64,000 nucleotides of DNA. Source: Octopus bimaculoides (Eukaryota). The notes below the pieces were generated by a model. It had not been told where the DNA came from, ran no database searches, and saw nothing but the letters and a program-made list of their open reading frames with translations. The first letter of the stretch is position 1; every line of letters begins with the position of its first letter. This document shows, in pieces, positions 35,745 to 50,099 of this stretch. The stretch is from positions 4,989,256-5,053,255 of the forward strand of contig NC_068997.1 in NCBI RefSeq assembly GCF_001194135.2, read 5' to 3'. The position numbers and the translations under genes are program-made.

Positions 35745-36640
35745 TAGGCATATCCTGTCTGCCACTTATGTGGAAATTATTGACTGGAATACTCGCAGAG
35801 TCAATGTACGGACATCTGGAAAAAAATGGAGTCCTGCCACATGAGCAGAAGGGTTGCAAGCATAAGAGTAGAGGTACCAATGATCAAGTCCTGATTGACA
35901 AAACTGTACTTAGAAACTGCAAGAGGAGGAAAAGTAACATAGCCATGTCATGGATCGACTGTCATAAGGTGTGTGAGATGATCCCACACACTTGAATAAT
36001 GAAATGTATGAACTTATTTGGTATTGCATCGAATGTTGAGCAATTGCTTGGAAAAAGTATGGCAAATTGGAGGACGAACCTAACAGCATACGGAAGAAGT
36101 TTAGGTAGAAATCAGGAGGGGCATCTTCCAAGGGGACTGCCTGTCCCCACTGATCTTTGTACTGTGCTTGATTCCACTAACGCTGATTCTGAGGAAAGCA
36201 AAAGCTGGGTATGTATTCAAAAGCCACCAACAAAAAGTCAACCATTTGTTATTCATGGTTGATCTCATGAATATGGTGTATACTTTCAGTGCTGATATCA
36301 GAATGGAGTTCAAACTGAGAAAGTGTGGTGTTAGTCTTGGAGAGAGACAAGATCAAATGTATGGATGGGCTATAGATACCGTTGGGGGAGGTTATAGAGC
36401 AGATAGAAGAGATGGGCTTTAAGTACTTGGGGATTTTGGAAATGTATGAATTGATGGAGAAAGAAATGACAGAAAAATTTAAGGTGGAGTACTTGCGCAG
36501 ACTGAGACTGATCCTTAAGTCGAAATTAAATGGACAGAATAAGATTGAAGCTATCAACACCTGGGCAGTTTCACTCCTTAGATATGGAGCAGGGGTAATC
36601 ACATAGATAGTAGACGAACTAAACAGCTTAGACAGTAAGA
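35745..36640 (+). mobile_element. R4/Dong-clade LINE RT fragment, frameshifted
   Basis: MWKLLTGIL...EQKGC...[10 protein letters not shown]...WID; KVNHLLFMVDL; NKIEAINTWAVSLLRYGAGVI. Confidence 0.85.
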
Positions 36641-37882
36641 CCATCCAAGTGTGATCATTGCCAGAGCAGCTGTTTGGCTTCCAAACCAGTAGCACGTTAA
36701 TAGCACCATTTGAGCGTGATCGTCAGCAGCGTTGCCTTCCTGGCACTCGTGCTGGTGGCTCATGAAAAAACATTCGACCGAGGTCGTTGCCAGTGCCGCT
36801 GGGCTGGCTCCTGTGCAGGTGGTACGTAATAAACACCATTTGAGCATGGCCATTGCCAGTACCGCCTGAGTGGCCCTCATGCCAGTGGCATGTGAAAGCA
36901 CCCACTACACTCTCAGAGTGGTTGGCATTAGGTAGGGCATCCAGCTCTAGAAACTCTGCCAAATCAGATTGGAGCTGGGTGCAGCCATCTGGTTCGCCAG
37001 TCCTCAGTCAAATCGTCCAACCCATGCTAGCATGGAAAGCGGACGTTAAATGAGGATGATGATGATGATGATTAGCATGTTTTTTTTACCTCAGTACACC
37101 TTTATTAAATACCAGTATATACCAATTGATCAATCTTCATAGATACCATCTGATAAGTTAGTATTTAAGTATATAATATGTATAAATATTAAACTATTTC
37201 GAGATAATTTCTTTTCCTCCCTCTATTGTGGTAAAAGTTTGGTATATACTCAAAAGTATTCAAAAAACCTTTTATCCTTTTCTTATAATATTCTTCTTAA
37301 TAATCTTCTGAATAACTCTAAATTTTAGCTTTATACGATATGGCAATATTGTTTAAAATATTTAACTATAGTACCACGTGATATGATTTCCCTTGTGTCA
37401 TTATCAATGGTCTAGTAGTGGATTGCCCCATTAATTGTCAGCTAGCATGGTATTGCTTCAAATAAATCTTGATGGTTTTTATGACTATACCCACTCAGTC
37501 CACTTCCTAAAAGGCATTACTCCTTGCTCTTTTGGCCTTAGATATACAAAGATTTGATAAACTAATCTATAAATTAAAACTGACCCATAAAACAGTGACA
37601 AGCAAAATCTGTAACAAGTCTTTCTCCCTGATACTTTAGTAACTTCTAAGCTGAAGTGAAGACAGCATGTTCTCTGTCTATCTCCTTACCTTCTTGAAGA
37701 TTTTAGTTAAAATTATACTAATGTGTCCATCTGTTTTAATTTAATTAAATTCTATGTCTTTATGCAGCTGAGGATTGCTCTGCATTTAAACTCATGTAAT
37801 GATTGCATTGTTCAATTAAATGAAGTTGCCCTCCTGTAAGTTGAAATCACCCACTGATGGGCAATATCGCTGACTTTGGGAA

Positions 37883-38360
37883 GCTATGAACTACAGTATT
37901 AGAGTTTTTTAACTCTTATTTCTAGCAATGTAGGTGTTCTAACACTCTAGTCATATTTAGTGACAATTATAGTTTTCCTTTTTGATAAAACATTGTATAC
38001 AGCTGTTTATATTAAATTATTGTATACACATTAGTGATTCGCTAAATCATCCATAGATTTTTATGGTGAATACATATATACTGGCAGAGAAGCAAGTCCA
38101 GAAAGTGGTCCCTAGTGATGAGGCTATGGAATTAGCTGAAACTGACCGATCAGTATAGGGAATTCTTGATCAGTGCTTTCGGGCGATTACGGTCTCTATC
38201 AGTGCATATATATGCAATAATGAGCTTTAACTACAGCATTAGAGCATTTTAGCTCTTATTTCCAGTAATGTAAGTGTTTTAACACCCTACTCCTATTTAG
38301 TGACAATTTTTCTTTTTAGTAAAACATTGCATGCAGCTGTCTATATCAAATTGTTATATA
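37883..38360 (+). repeat. Imperfect ~140-bp direct repeats with a 340-bp period (37883-38026 and 38223-38360)
   Basis: aactacagtattagag...attaaattattgtata vs aactacagcattagag...atcaaattgttatata; the second copy ends at a (TG)n tract. Confidence 0.85.
38109..38161 (+). ncRNA. Type I hammerhead ribozyme fold (C3G core variant, probably decayed)
   Basis: Stem I TCCCTA/TAGGGA; core GTGATGA; stem II GGCTA-tggaat-TAGCT; GAAA; stem III ACTGA-ccga-TCAGT; GUA cleavage triplet (A38155). Confidence 0.75.
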
Positions 38361-38379
38361 TATGTGTGTGTGTGTGTGT

Positions 38380-38411
<32 letters not shown>

Positions 38412-38677
38412 ATAGTTCAAATTTACAGCAAACAAAAGACAAAGATAGATGAGGGAATAACAAACAGGTGAATTAGCTTGGCACTCAGGAAGAATGGAAA
38501 AGTCTTTGATGCTTAGAGCCTACAGTCTTCGACAGAAAGGATTGACAGGAAAAAAACGGAGAGAGAAATGACTAAAAGAAAGAGGCTGAGTGGAAGAGAG
38601 ATAATAACAGGGAAATAGGGTGCGTAAGCGTATGTGTATCTGAAGAATGGTGTGTGTGTGAATGTGTGTGTGTATGT

Positions 38678-38715
<38 letters not shown>

Positions 38716-39084
38716 GTTACCAATTAAAATTCATATTCCATGCTGTATAAAGGGCAAGGGCATGGATACAAACAACATAGGAAGCAAACCCTTATAGACA
38801 CACAAACGCATATATAGTACCTTCACAAACAGCCACCACAATATCAACAACAACAACAGCAGCAACAACGACAATAACTATCATGATAGCAGCAGCATGA
38901 GCAAACACACAAACACAGAGAGATACAGGAACGGATGCACACACACACGAATATAATTAGATGGTTGTAAAATTCGAGTATGAGTATGAGTGAGGGGTTA
39001 GATAGGGGTTAGAAGTTAAAATATAGATTTATAAGGTCATAGGGATTACCTAAGGGGTATTGTGGAAATGTACTGTATGGTCAT

Positions 39085-39535
39085 TTTGGCATTTGGATTT
39101 GTGGTAGAATTTGAATGTGTGAAAAAAGCGGTGATTACATGTGTTTAGTGCCTCATTATGTTTATTTAGCAGAGTTGGAGAGTTGTGCTTTAATATGTGA
39201 AGTACCTCCTTCAGGCAAAGTTTGCAGGTTGAGCGTTGACCTCAGTAGGGAAGCCCTGAGTCGAGTATGGACCATGATAAAGTATAAGGTATATTTGCAT
39301 TTTTGAGATGATGCATGTAGTTGGCGAGTGTTGTAGATTTACTATGTTTATCGTATCTAAAAGAGTGGAGGTGAGCAGCATATTGTTGCTTAAAATTTTT
39401 GGTTGATCCTATGTATATGGCTGTAGAGTTGTGTAATAGATTAAGGACAGTGCATTTGTAAATTACATTATATCTTCTGCAATGGATTTGTAACAGGCAG
39501 GTGGTTCCAGGATGGCAATTACAATTAGGTGAGCT
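39085..39535 (-). mobile_element. Penelope-like element GIY-YIG domain and C-terminus
   Basis: CNCHPGTTCLL..C...NVIYKCTV...IYIGSTKNFKQQYAAHLHSFR...STTLANY...CKLCLKE. Confidence 0.85.
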
Positions 39536-40310
39536 TTGGGGACTGTGCTCAGTAATAGAGGAGGTAGTATCGTCAGAGGAGAGGTTATAGAAGTGCGTAG
39601 AAGATTCTATATTATTAGTATTGTTAATGTTATCATTACCAACGTTGCTATTATTACTATTGTTGTTATTAATTGCACTATTTGTAGGGGTGGTAGAGAT
39701 TGTATTGGTGTTCTGGGCAGTGTCAGTATGTTGAGTTGGGTTGTGGTTGTAATCTGATATGAGGGTATCTGTGATGGAGCTGTGCGTGTGTTGAGTATTT
39801 GTATGACTAGAGTTATAGTGATGAGTTTTGATAGTAATTATATACATACATATGTATACACACACACACACAAACACACACAGCTGTCCCATGGATATAC
39901 ATATATATATGTATGTACATGTGTATGTATATATATATCTATATATAGTTCAAATTTATAGAAAATAAAAAGACGAAGACAGGGGAAGGAACAACAAGCA
40001 GGTGTATTAGTTTGACAAGCAGATCCACATACATCCACATCATTACTATCATTATCATCACCTTTCCTTGTCTTACATAGTGCACAGGGAATTTCTTGAG
40101 GCAGATTTTCTATGAATAGATACCCTTCATGTTATTGATCCTCACCCCTTCCAAGCAAAGTAATACTTCCCCAAGGCTAGACATGTTTACACAGAATTTT
40201 GGAATTGAAGTGGTGACACTTACAATTATTGCGCAATATGAAAACAAAGAGGCACAAACACACACAAACACATATGCATACACATACATAAACATATATA
40301 TATATGTATG

Positions 40311-40344
<34 letters not shown>

Positions 40345-40396
40345 TATATATATATGTATATATATGTGTATATATATATGTGTGTGTGTGTGTATG

Positions 40397-40433
<37 letters not shown>

Positions 40434-40648
40434 GCATGCATATATACATGTATATATATATATATATATATACATGCTCATAATTATTTATATAAGTTTG
40501 TCTGGTGGGTTTCCCCTGTTTTCCATAACAAACATCTAAACTATTTTACAGCGGATGTTTATCACATGTTTTTGCCTCAACTTTCTGATCACAAGATTTT
40601 GTTCTAAGAATTATATTCTGTTGTTGTCATAAACAATTTACATTTCAG

Positions 40649-40702
<54 letters not shown>

Positions 40703-41139
40703 ACACACACACACACACACATGCAAACACAGACATGTCTGTAGGTTTGTCTGGAATATACAAAGGATATACATTTTTTGACAACAATTGTGAAAGAAAT
40801 AAAAAGTTTATTGTATTGTTTACTCTTCTTTCCTCCTTTTCATTTCCTCCAACTCTTCCCCTCCTCGCCTCTCCTCATTCTTGTCTCATCATCATCATAA
40901 TCAGTGGTGGTGACAGCACCATCATTATCATTACCATTATGGGCCAAGACTACCATCATCATCAAATATCATCATCATCAACTTATCCATTTGCAAGCAC
41001 ACCATCACCATTAGCATTGCAACCACCACCACTCCCACTATCATAACCATTAGCACCATCATTAACATTGTCACCATCACCAGACTTTTGTGTCAGGAAA
41101 TCTCTACTTAAATCAGCAAAACATATTTAATACCATACA

Positions 41140-42965
41140 GTAAATCAAATGAGACTGCGCCCAAAGAAGTCGAGTCAGCTGCTGATGGTGATGCAGCATC
41201 TGTTGTGGCTGAACAGGCCCACATGGGAGTGGCAGTCTTGCATACAGCTATTGCATTTGAAGGAGCTCTCTGCTCGTGCTACTGGTTTTTCCTTCAGTCA
41301 AGTGCACTTTTCTTTGGTGGTGAGCTCCTGTTTTTCTTCCACTCGCTTCATCCCTTTTCACAGTATCTGTCTCATTTGCAACCTCCTCCTATCTCAGGAC
41401 GTCCAGATCAAGCAACTTCATATCCCTCTTACAGATGTCCTTGAAACGAAGATGAGGTCATCTTTGTGCTCTTGTGTTGGCGGCCAATTCCCCATACAGG
41501 AGGTCCTTTGTGATGTACATGATGGAGCCAGCGCAGATGACGCTGCTGGAGCAGGGTGAACATGCTGGGTATCTTGGCTCAGTTGAGGACTTCGGTGTTG
41601 GTGAAGTGGTCAGCCCACTTGACATCCAAAATGCATCTCAAATTATGAAGGTGAAAGATGTTGAGACGTCGCTCCGGTCTGGAGTAGAGACTCCACGTCT
41701 CACTGCTGTAAAGTAGCATACTAAGGACACAGACCTTATAGACAGTAATCTTAGTGTTTACAGCCAGTTTTTTGTTTTCCAAGACTCATCTTTGTGAGCC
41801 TGGCAAGTGTAGAGGATGCTTATCTGATTTGCCTGTTGATCTCATGGTCCAGGGAGAGGTCATCAGTGATGGTAGAGCCAAGATAAGCGAATTGATGGAC
41901 CACCTCCAGCTTGTTGTTGTTGATGATGGTGGGGTGCTTGACACTTTGACCCTATATTTGGGGTCTTCTTCTGACTGACAGGCTTTTGAAAGTTTGCCCA
42001 TGAGGTGCTGCATTTGCTCTTCAGTGTGTGCTGTCAGTGCTGCGTTGTCTGCAAACAGCATTTCTCTGACTAGTACCTGGCACACCCTGGATTTTGCTTT
42101 CAGCTTTGACTAAACAGTTTACCATTTGATCTGGTGTAGAGGTAATAAACACCATCAAGTGATGTCCCAAATGCATGTTTCAGTAGGACTGCTAAGAAGA
42201 TGCCAAACAGGGTGGGGGAAAACACACAGCCCTGCTTCACCCTGCTACGTATGTTGAATGTTTCCAAAAAAGAGCCATCAAATTTAACAACACCTTTCAT
42301 GTCTGTGTGAAATGATTAGACAATCCTGAGGAGTCTTGGAGGCCAGCCAATCTTGGCAAGGATTTTGAACTGGCCATCTCTACTGACTAGGTCAAAAACC
42401 TTTGTGAAGTCAATGAAGGTGATAAAGAGTGGTTGCCTTTGCTCTTGGTACTTCTCCTGTAGCTGCTGAAGAAAGAAGATCATGTCGATGGTGGAGCAGT
42501 TTGATCTGAATCCACACTGATATTCAGGGTATACCCTCTCAGTGATTTTCTGTATCCTGTTTACAACCACATGGGCAAAGACCTACCTAATGATGCTTTA
42601 CAGCAAGATACCTTGGTAGTTATTGTAATTGCTGTTGTCCCCTTTGTTTTTATATAGGGTGACAATGTTGCAATCTCTCATGTCTTGCAGGACTGATCCC
42701 TCCCCCCAGCACTGACACAGTAGCTTCAGCAACTGGCTAAGTAGAAGAACTCTCCTTGCATATCTAATGATCTCTGGTGGGATGCCGTCCAAACCTGGTG
42801 CTTTTCCAGTGGGCAAGCCATCAATGGTTCTGCTCAGTTCTTCAGCAGTTGGCAGTGTGTCCAGCTCCTCCATGACAGGTAGGTGTTCTACAGTATCTAG
42901 CACACTGTTTGATATGTTGATTTCCTTGGCACAGGGTTCAGAATAATGTTCCACCCATCTCTCCA
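41140..42965 (-). mobile_element. RTE-BovB-like LINE, RT domain to C-terminus, decayed
   Basis: GKAPGLDGIPPE, QCGFRS, FIDFTKVFDLVSR, VKQGCVFSPTLF, MLFADNAAL, LLYSSETW across frameshifted ORFs. Confidence 0.93.
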
Positions 42966-43689
42966 GCTACTAACTTGATTGCTAACTTGATTGCTAACAC
43001 ACATACATGGCCACAAATTTTGAGAAGTAAGTATAGTCATTTAAAATCACCCTTGTATTTAACTGGCATGTGGTTAATTTACTCTAGATGGATGAGTGGC
43101 GAAGTCTGTGATGTGTTTTACTGTTTACTGCAGAATAAACCAAGCGATATCATTAGTTTGTTTTATTTTGTTTGTGATTTTATTGCTTGGTTCATGACCT
43201 TCACCTCTTTTTCAGTGCCTTGAAAACTGGTGGTAAGGAGGAAGAATTCAGATCAGTTATCCTCAAACCTGATCCAAATACACATAACAGAGTGAACTCT
43301 ACTAAAGCCATCCAAGTACCAAGTGATGGCATTAAACCAGGGGATAGATTAAGTCACTCGTTTGAGCTGGTCATAGTGAGGATTTGAACTCAGAACACAA
43401 ATTTCTTGAACAAATACTGCAAGTCATTTCATTTGATACCCTAGCACTTCCACCAACCCACTGCTCTAGCTTTTTTTATTTTTTTATATCAACCAACCCT
43501 TTAGTTGAAGTAGTAGTGTAATTAGAAATTATGCACAAAAGACACAAAGCGTGGATCTTGACAAAAACCTACCATCACTCAGATCCTCTAAGAAAACAGC
43601 TCAGAAAAAATTGTATGAAATAAAAAATTCTTAATGGGCAAAAAAAAACTCAAAAAAAAACAAGAATTGGAACAGGCTCCTAACTCTCA

Positions 43690-44060
43690 CAACTTGAAGG
43701 CATTGTATGACAATCTGAAAGGTGTATTTGGTCCAAAAAAGGATGGTACAGAACCAGTTTCATTCTAATGAGTCAAAAGTCTTAAGTAGCAAAGATGAAA
43801 TTCTGAAAAGATGGGCTAAGCACTTTAAATTAGTATTAAATCAAGAATCCGCTACCAATCCTGAAGTAATCAATTAAATCCTTCAAAGGCCTATAATTGA
43901 AGAACTTGTGGAAGATTCTTCCTTGGAAGAGATAAATACTGCTATTAAAAGACTTTCCAATGGTAAAGCTCCTGAACAAGACAGTATTCCCACAAAAGTG
44001 TACAAGCATGGTGATAGAGAACTTGTAAGAAAGCTGCACAAATTGATCTGTTTGACTTTA
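43690..44060 (+). mobile_element. RTE LINE fragment (pre-RT linker)
   Basis: ILKRWAKHF..VLN...LEEINTAIKRLSNGKAPEQDSIPTKVYKHG. Confidence 0.8.
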
Positions 44061-45169
44061 CCTTTCATCCTTTTGGGGTCAATAAAATAAGTAACAGTTA
44101 AACACAGGGGTTGATCTAATCAACTTACCCTCTGCACTGAAACATTCAATTTGTGTAACAAAGCTTCAATTTATTTAAAATTATGATAAAAAAACACTTG
44201 ACTAAAGTGCTGCACAGTGGGATTGAACCCATATCCTGGACAATATGATTGTGTAGCAAACTTCTTGACATCACAGCAGTACCAGTTATTGTCCTAATAT
44301 CATCTGCAATATTGACGTTCTTTATATTTAATATTGGACATTCCTTATATGTCCACCTCCACAAGTGGTAATCTTCACATGGACACTTAAAACTCATAAG
44401 GTGTGGAATTTCCGACAACACTCAAAACATCACATGGCTAATTTATTTATAGCCATTATCTATTATGTCTACTCCTTCTTTGAACCTGATCCTCATACCA
44501 CATTGCATCATTCACCACCAACACCACTGCTACTATCCTAGCCATTACTAGTACCATCACCATTACAGTATCCATTACTACAACTTTTGTTACCAACGCT
44601 GCCATCACTTCCTTGACCATGGCAACTGCAATCGTCAACACCACTTTCTCCTCATCATTATCACAACCACCACCACCACCACCACAACCACCACNNNNNN
44701 NNNNNNNNNNNNNNNNNNNNNNNNNNNNNNNNNNNNNNNNNNNNNNNNNNNNNNNNNNNNNNNNNNNNNNNNNNNNNNNNNNNNNNNNNNNNNNNNNNNN
44801 NNNNNCACTATTACTTTTTCTTCCACATTTGTTTGAAATTGAAATTTGTTTTTCACTTTTTGCTGCACTCAACAGCATTGTAGTTATTGCTGTTGTTACT
44901 GATGTTGTATTTGTTGTTGTTACTGTTGTTACTTTTGTTTTAATAGTTGATATATTCATTTTTCATTTAAATTTACTCCATCTTAAACTTGAAATTTTAA
45001 AAAACAATAAGTGTCTTATTATCTCCATATACATAGACACATAGACACACAAACATAGACACATAGACACACAAACATAGACACCTACAGTTAAAACAGA
45101 TATACACATACAAACACACACTCTCTCTCTCTCNNNNNNNNNNAAAACAGATATACACATACAAACACA

Positions 45170-45207
<38 letters not shown>

Positions 45208-45425
45208 ATTGTAATCACATGGGTGTGATATCACAAGTATTAGTTACTTCTACTTTTTTCCTATATTTTAACCGTTTATATTTTTTTCTTTCTATTTTTC
45301 TCTTTGAAATGATCCAGGATTGGTCCTACAACTCAGTGTATATACATTTACATGTGTGTATGTATGTATATGTATGTGTTTGTGTGTATGCATGTATGTG
45401 TATGTGTTTGTGTGTATGTATGTGC

Positions 45426-45466
<41 letters not shown>

Positions 45467-45611
45467 TTGTTATATTTGAACAAAAACTTCTTTTGTTAGG
45501 GATTACCACTCGCTCTTAGAGAAACCATTATAGAAAAGATACTTTTTATCCTATCTATCTATATGTATATACCTATCTATCTATCTATATGAACACATAC
45601 ATATATATGTA

Positions 45612-45674
<63 letters not shown>

Positions 45675-46554
45675 NNNNNNNNNNNNNNNNNNNNNNNNNN
45701 NNNNNNNNNNNNNNNNNNNNNNNNNNNNNNNNNNNNNNNNNNNNNNNNNNNNNNNNNNNNNNNNNNNNNNNNNNNNNNNNNNNNNNNNNNNNNNNNNNNN
45801 NNNNNNNNNNNNNNNNNNNNNNNNNNNNNNNNNNNNNNNNNNNNNNNNNNNNNNNNNNNNNNNNNNNNNNNNNNNNNNNNNNNNNNNNNNNNNNNNNNNN
45901 NNNNNNNNNNNNNNNNNNNNNNNNNNNNNNNNNNNNNNNNNNNNNNNNNNNNNNNNNNNNNNNNNNNNNNNNNNNNNNNNNNNNNNNNNNNNNNNNNNNN
46001 NNNNNNNNNNNNNNNNNNNNNNNNNNNNNNNNNNNNNNNNNNNNNNNNNNNNNNNNNNNNNNNNNNNNNNNNNNNNNNNNNNNNNNNNNNNNNNNNNNNN
46101 NNNNNNNNNNNNNNNNNNNNNNNNNNNNNNNNNNNNNNNNNNNNNNNNNNNNNNNNNNNNNNNNNNNNNNNNNNNNNNNNNNNNNNNNNNNNNNNNNNNN
46201 NNNNNNNNNNNNNNNNNNNNNNNNNNNNNNNNNNNNNNNNNNNNNNNNNNNNNNNNNNNNNNNNNNNNNNNNNNNNNNNNNNNNNNNNNNNNNNNNNNNN
46301 NNNNNNNNNNNNNNNNNNNNNNNNNNNNNNNNNNNNNNNNNNNNNNNNNNNNNNNNNNNNNNNNNNNNNNNNNNNNNNNNNNNNNNNNNNNNNNNNNNNN
46401 NNNNNNNNNNNNNNNNNNNNNNNNNNNNNNNNNNNNNNNNNNNNNNNNNNNNNNNNNNNNNNNNNNNNNNNNNNNNNNNNNNNNNNNNNNNNNNNNNNNN
46501 NNNNNNNNNNNNNNNNNNNNNNNNNNNNNNNNNNNNNNNNNNNNNNNNNNNNNN

Positions 46555-46593
<39 letters not shown>

Positions 46594-47285
46594 TTGTATG
46601 CATGTACGTTTGTGTCTATGCTAAATACATTTGTACTATATTTCTAACAATAAGCAATACATTTTCTCACCACACCTTTTTTTGTTTCGCTTTCAGTTTT
46701 TATTCTCAAAGTGGCAAAGATAAACATATTGGGTGACCTTGCAGCAGTGGTGAAATTATTATTAGAGTCACTGGGACACAGGTGTATAACCAGTTTCATG
46801 GTTGACTCACTTATACATATATATAAGGGTATATGTGTTATGCATGTGTATAGAACACGTTTGGTTCACAAATTTAGTGTGCAAATTATATTTCAACTTC
46901 CTGAATTACTGCCACTTCCAGGAGAAATAATCATCCACTCTCAAACAAAATTTTTCCCCCAAAATATCTTGTTTTACTTGTAAGCATTTTGCACACAAAC
47001 CTGATGATTGCAGGGTAAGACTGCGACAGCTCAAGTATCTTCTGCCCAGTATGAAACTTAAGTTATTTGTTGCAACTAAGATACTGCATATTACTATCAC
47101 TCTATAAATGTAATGGTGGGTAAGAGGAGGTGATGGGTAGCAAAGAAGTTGAGAGAGAGTATGTTGTGAGTAACGAAAAGATGGAAATACTGGAGGAGAG
47201 ATGGAAGGTAACGTGAGCTTGGTAGAGAACAGTATACACATATGTGTGTATGTGTGTTGTATGTATGTTGTATGAGTGTGTGTGT

Positions 47286-47323
<38 letters not shown>

Positions 47324-47469
47324 AGTTTCTTAACCCCTACTTTTGGGTTATTATGAATTTTCCATAGGTTGGTGTGTCTTCTGTAGCACTACATATTACC
47401 CAGGCAGTATGGCCCTTTTGTAACCCCTTCAGTAAGATGTAACATTTTCAAGTTAGCTTTCACCACTTC

Positions 47470-48400
47470 ACTCTAACTCTTCCTTAGTTTCCTTCTTCCA
47501 CAGGTTCCACTAACTCGGCACTTTTGAATGCACTTCTTACACACCATATGCCTGTACCAGCACACTACGCCTGTCTTGCACACTACGCCTGATTCCTCTT
47601 ATTACTCGTTTTTGTTTTAGCTCATTTATATTCTGGTATTCATACATACTAGCATTGCACAGTCATCAGAGCATGCTAGTGTAATTTCTTTCTAGTCTTC
47701 ACAAATCTTTTGCATTTAACAGCCATATCATACAGCATTGCAGTTCTAATGCATGCATCATACTATCTGCCCCTCACTCTGAGGGAAAAGACTTTTGTTT
47801 CCAGCAGCAGTAGTAGTTCTCTGAACTTTTTCCAACTAGTTCTTACCCTATTTGCAATACTTTCAGAGCAGACACCACCCCTACTAATTGTCCCCTGAGT
47901 AACAGTAGGTACTAACTAATTCTAGTGAGCCATTTGGGCGTTTAAAAGCATTTATTTCCAGTGTTCACATAGTATGTACTGCTCCATTACATCTATCACA
48001 TATAAAAGCATATGTTTTCTTCTAGTCTGTTTGCAATTCCACTACATCACTTGAATATCAATAGCTTACACTGGGTACAGCATTTGAAGTTTATACCTAC
48101 TCCTTTTCTGCATTGAAAAAGGCTACATCATTGATAATACCAGGGTTCTGTCTTGTTTCTTACCCACTAACACTTTAGTGATTGATAAGTTTACCTTGAG
48201 GCCCCTCAACTCTAGGTTTATCTTCAATACCTAGGATTTCCTCTTTGCTTTCCCTAAATATACAGCTACCAGAACTAGATCATCAGCATATAGGAGTTCC
48301 AGTGGAGAGCCAGTATTAAACTCCTCTGTGATACCCTATAGGACTATGTTGAATCAGAGAGGCCTGGGAACTGAATTTTGATGGCCTCCTACCCTCATAT
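47470..48400 (-). mobile_element. Decayed RTE LINE (same family as 15136-16513)
   Basis: Reverse complement of gagttgaggggcctcaaggtaaactt (..GLKVN..) and of the downstream ESI.TRVR.SWKKFRELL segment. Confidence 0.7.
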
Positions 48401-48725
48401 TAAATTTGTCACTGAAATCATTGACTCTCACTTTTCTTACTGCATCTTTGTGCATAGCTTGTACATCTCTTGCAAACTTAGTGACTGTCAAATTACTGTA
48501 CATGGTATCCTGTCAAATGCTTTCCCCAAGTCAGCAAATCCCAGGAATAGTGGTTTACTTCTCCTGCAGTTCCTTTACAAAAAGTCAAACTTCATCTCAT
48601 TTACATCTCCTCTTCCATACAGTGCTTACAACTCTCTCCAATGATCTTCATAACCTGATCCAGTGGTTTGATTGTTGCTTCTCTCTAAGGCATATTCTTT
48701 GCTTTTGTAGCAGTTTACAATGATA

Positions 48726-50054
48726 CAACGATCGGCTGAAATGTTTATAGACTGTCCAACATACTTTCATGGAACGTGACCAAATGAGGTTTATTTTTCA
48801 CCATAATCCCCCTTGCAGTCCACACACTTCTTCCATCGGTGTTGCAGTGCTTGGATCTTATTGGTGAAGAAGCTTTCATCNNNNNNNNNNTGTTGCAGTG
48901 CTTGGATCTTATTGGTGAAGAAGCTTTCATCCTGTTGGTGGAAAAAGTCATCAACAACAGATATGACATCATCATAATTGCGATATTGGCTCCCAGTCAA
49001 GTGTTTTTTCATGTTGGGGGACACATGATAGTCAGATGGGGCCAACTCAGGAAAATAAGGAGGGAGTTCAACTAGCCCAAAGCCACAGTCAAGCACAGCA
49101 GCCATTGAAAGCAAGGACTGATGAAATAAGACCCCTTTTGTCAGTTTTCCTGGGTGTGTGGTCTTGATAGCCTTTTGTAACTACCTCAGCATGTTGGCAT
49201 AGCACGCTCCATTGATGGTGTGGCTCTTTTGAAAATAGTCTATAGACACAATGCCTTTTGCATTCCAAAAGACTGATGCCATCACCTTCCCTGCAGATGA
49301 AACAACCCTGGCTTTCTTTGGAGCAGGTGAGAAGTGGTATTTCCTTTGCGTGGATTGCCTGTTTGTCTCTGACTGAAGGTAATGATGTCAGCACTCATTC
49401 TGGCTTAGGAAACGTTCAAGGAATCCAGCTGGATCTACTTCAAATAATACCAAATTTTCCTGTGATGTAATCAGCCTGGTGCACTTTTGATTAAGTGTCA
49501 GAAAACGTGGCTGCCCCTGAACAGAAACCTTCATCATGCCAAGTTCATTGCACAGAATATTTTCAACTTTCTCATGGAATATGCTAATGGCATTGGCTAT
49601 TTGATTTATAGTCAATCACTCAACATCCATCAGCATGTGATGAACATGATCAATATCTTCTTCAGTGATGACCGTTGCAAGACATTCAGATCTTGAGTCA
49701 TCTTCAAGACTCTTCCTTCCCCTCCCAAATTCAGCTGCTCGCTTTTTCACTGTTGATAAAGCTGGAGTTCCAACCCCTAATGTAGTAACCGTGTCATCAT
49801 GAATGTCATTGGGGGCTAAACCATTTTTTTGCAGGTACTTGATAACACCACAATGCCAGATTTTATTGATTTTCAAGAGAAGTTGCTACTAGTTACTTTT
49901 GAAGTCTTCTTTAAACAGTTCGGTGTCAGTTTAGCTGGAAATAAACAATAATGTTATTAATAAGAGGAGTTGAAATTAATGCATGCATACAAGATTTCAC
50001 AACTCTTGTCTCACTCCTTCATAATCAGTCTATGAACTTTTCAGCTCACCATTG
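48726..50054 (-). mobile_element. Full-length decayed mariner family 2 copy
   Basis: TA-caacgatcggctgaaatg... and ...tcagtctatgaacttttcagctcaccattg-TA; ORFs MKINKIWHCGVIKYLQK..., YFPELAPSDYH. Confidence 0.93.
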
Positions 50055-50099
50055 TACTACTACACTAATCATCAAGTATGACATCTTAGTGTGTAACTT

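Noticed and set aside
37692-37833. Minus-strand exon with strong AG/GTAAGG sites
   Set aside because: Stops in all three frames; at most non-coding, with no support
35425-40650. ~160-bp duplicates at about 35425-35580 and 40495-40650 as paralogous exons
   Set aside because: No splice sites or open frame; more likely an old dispersed repeat
48840-48931. 41-bp direct repeat inside the mariner (and a similar one at 45093-45184)
   Set aside because: Identical sequence on both sides of a 10-N spacer, which is a scaffolding overlap artefact
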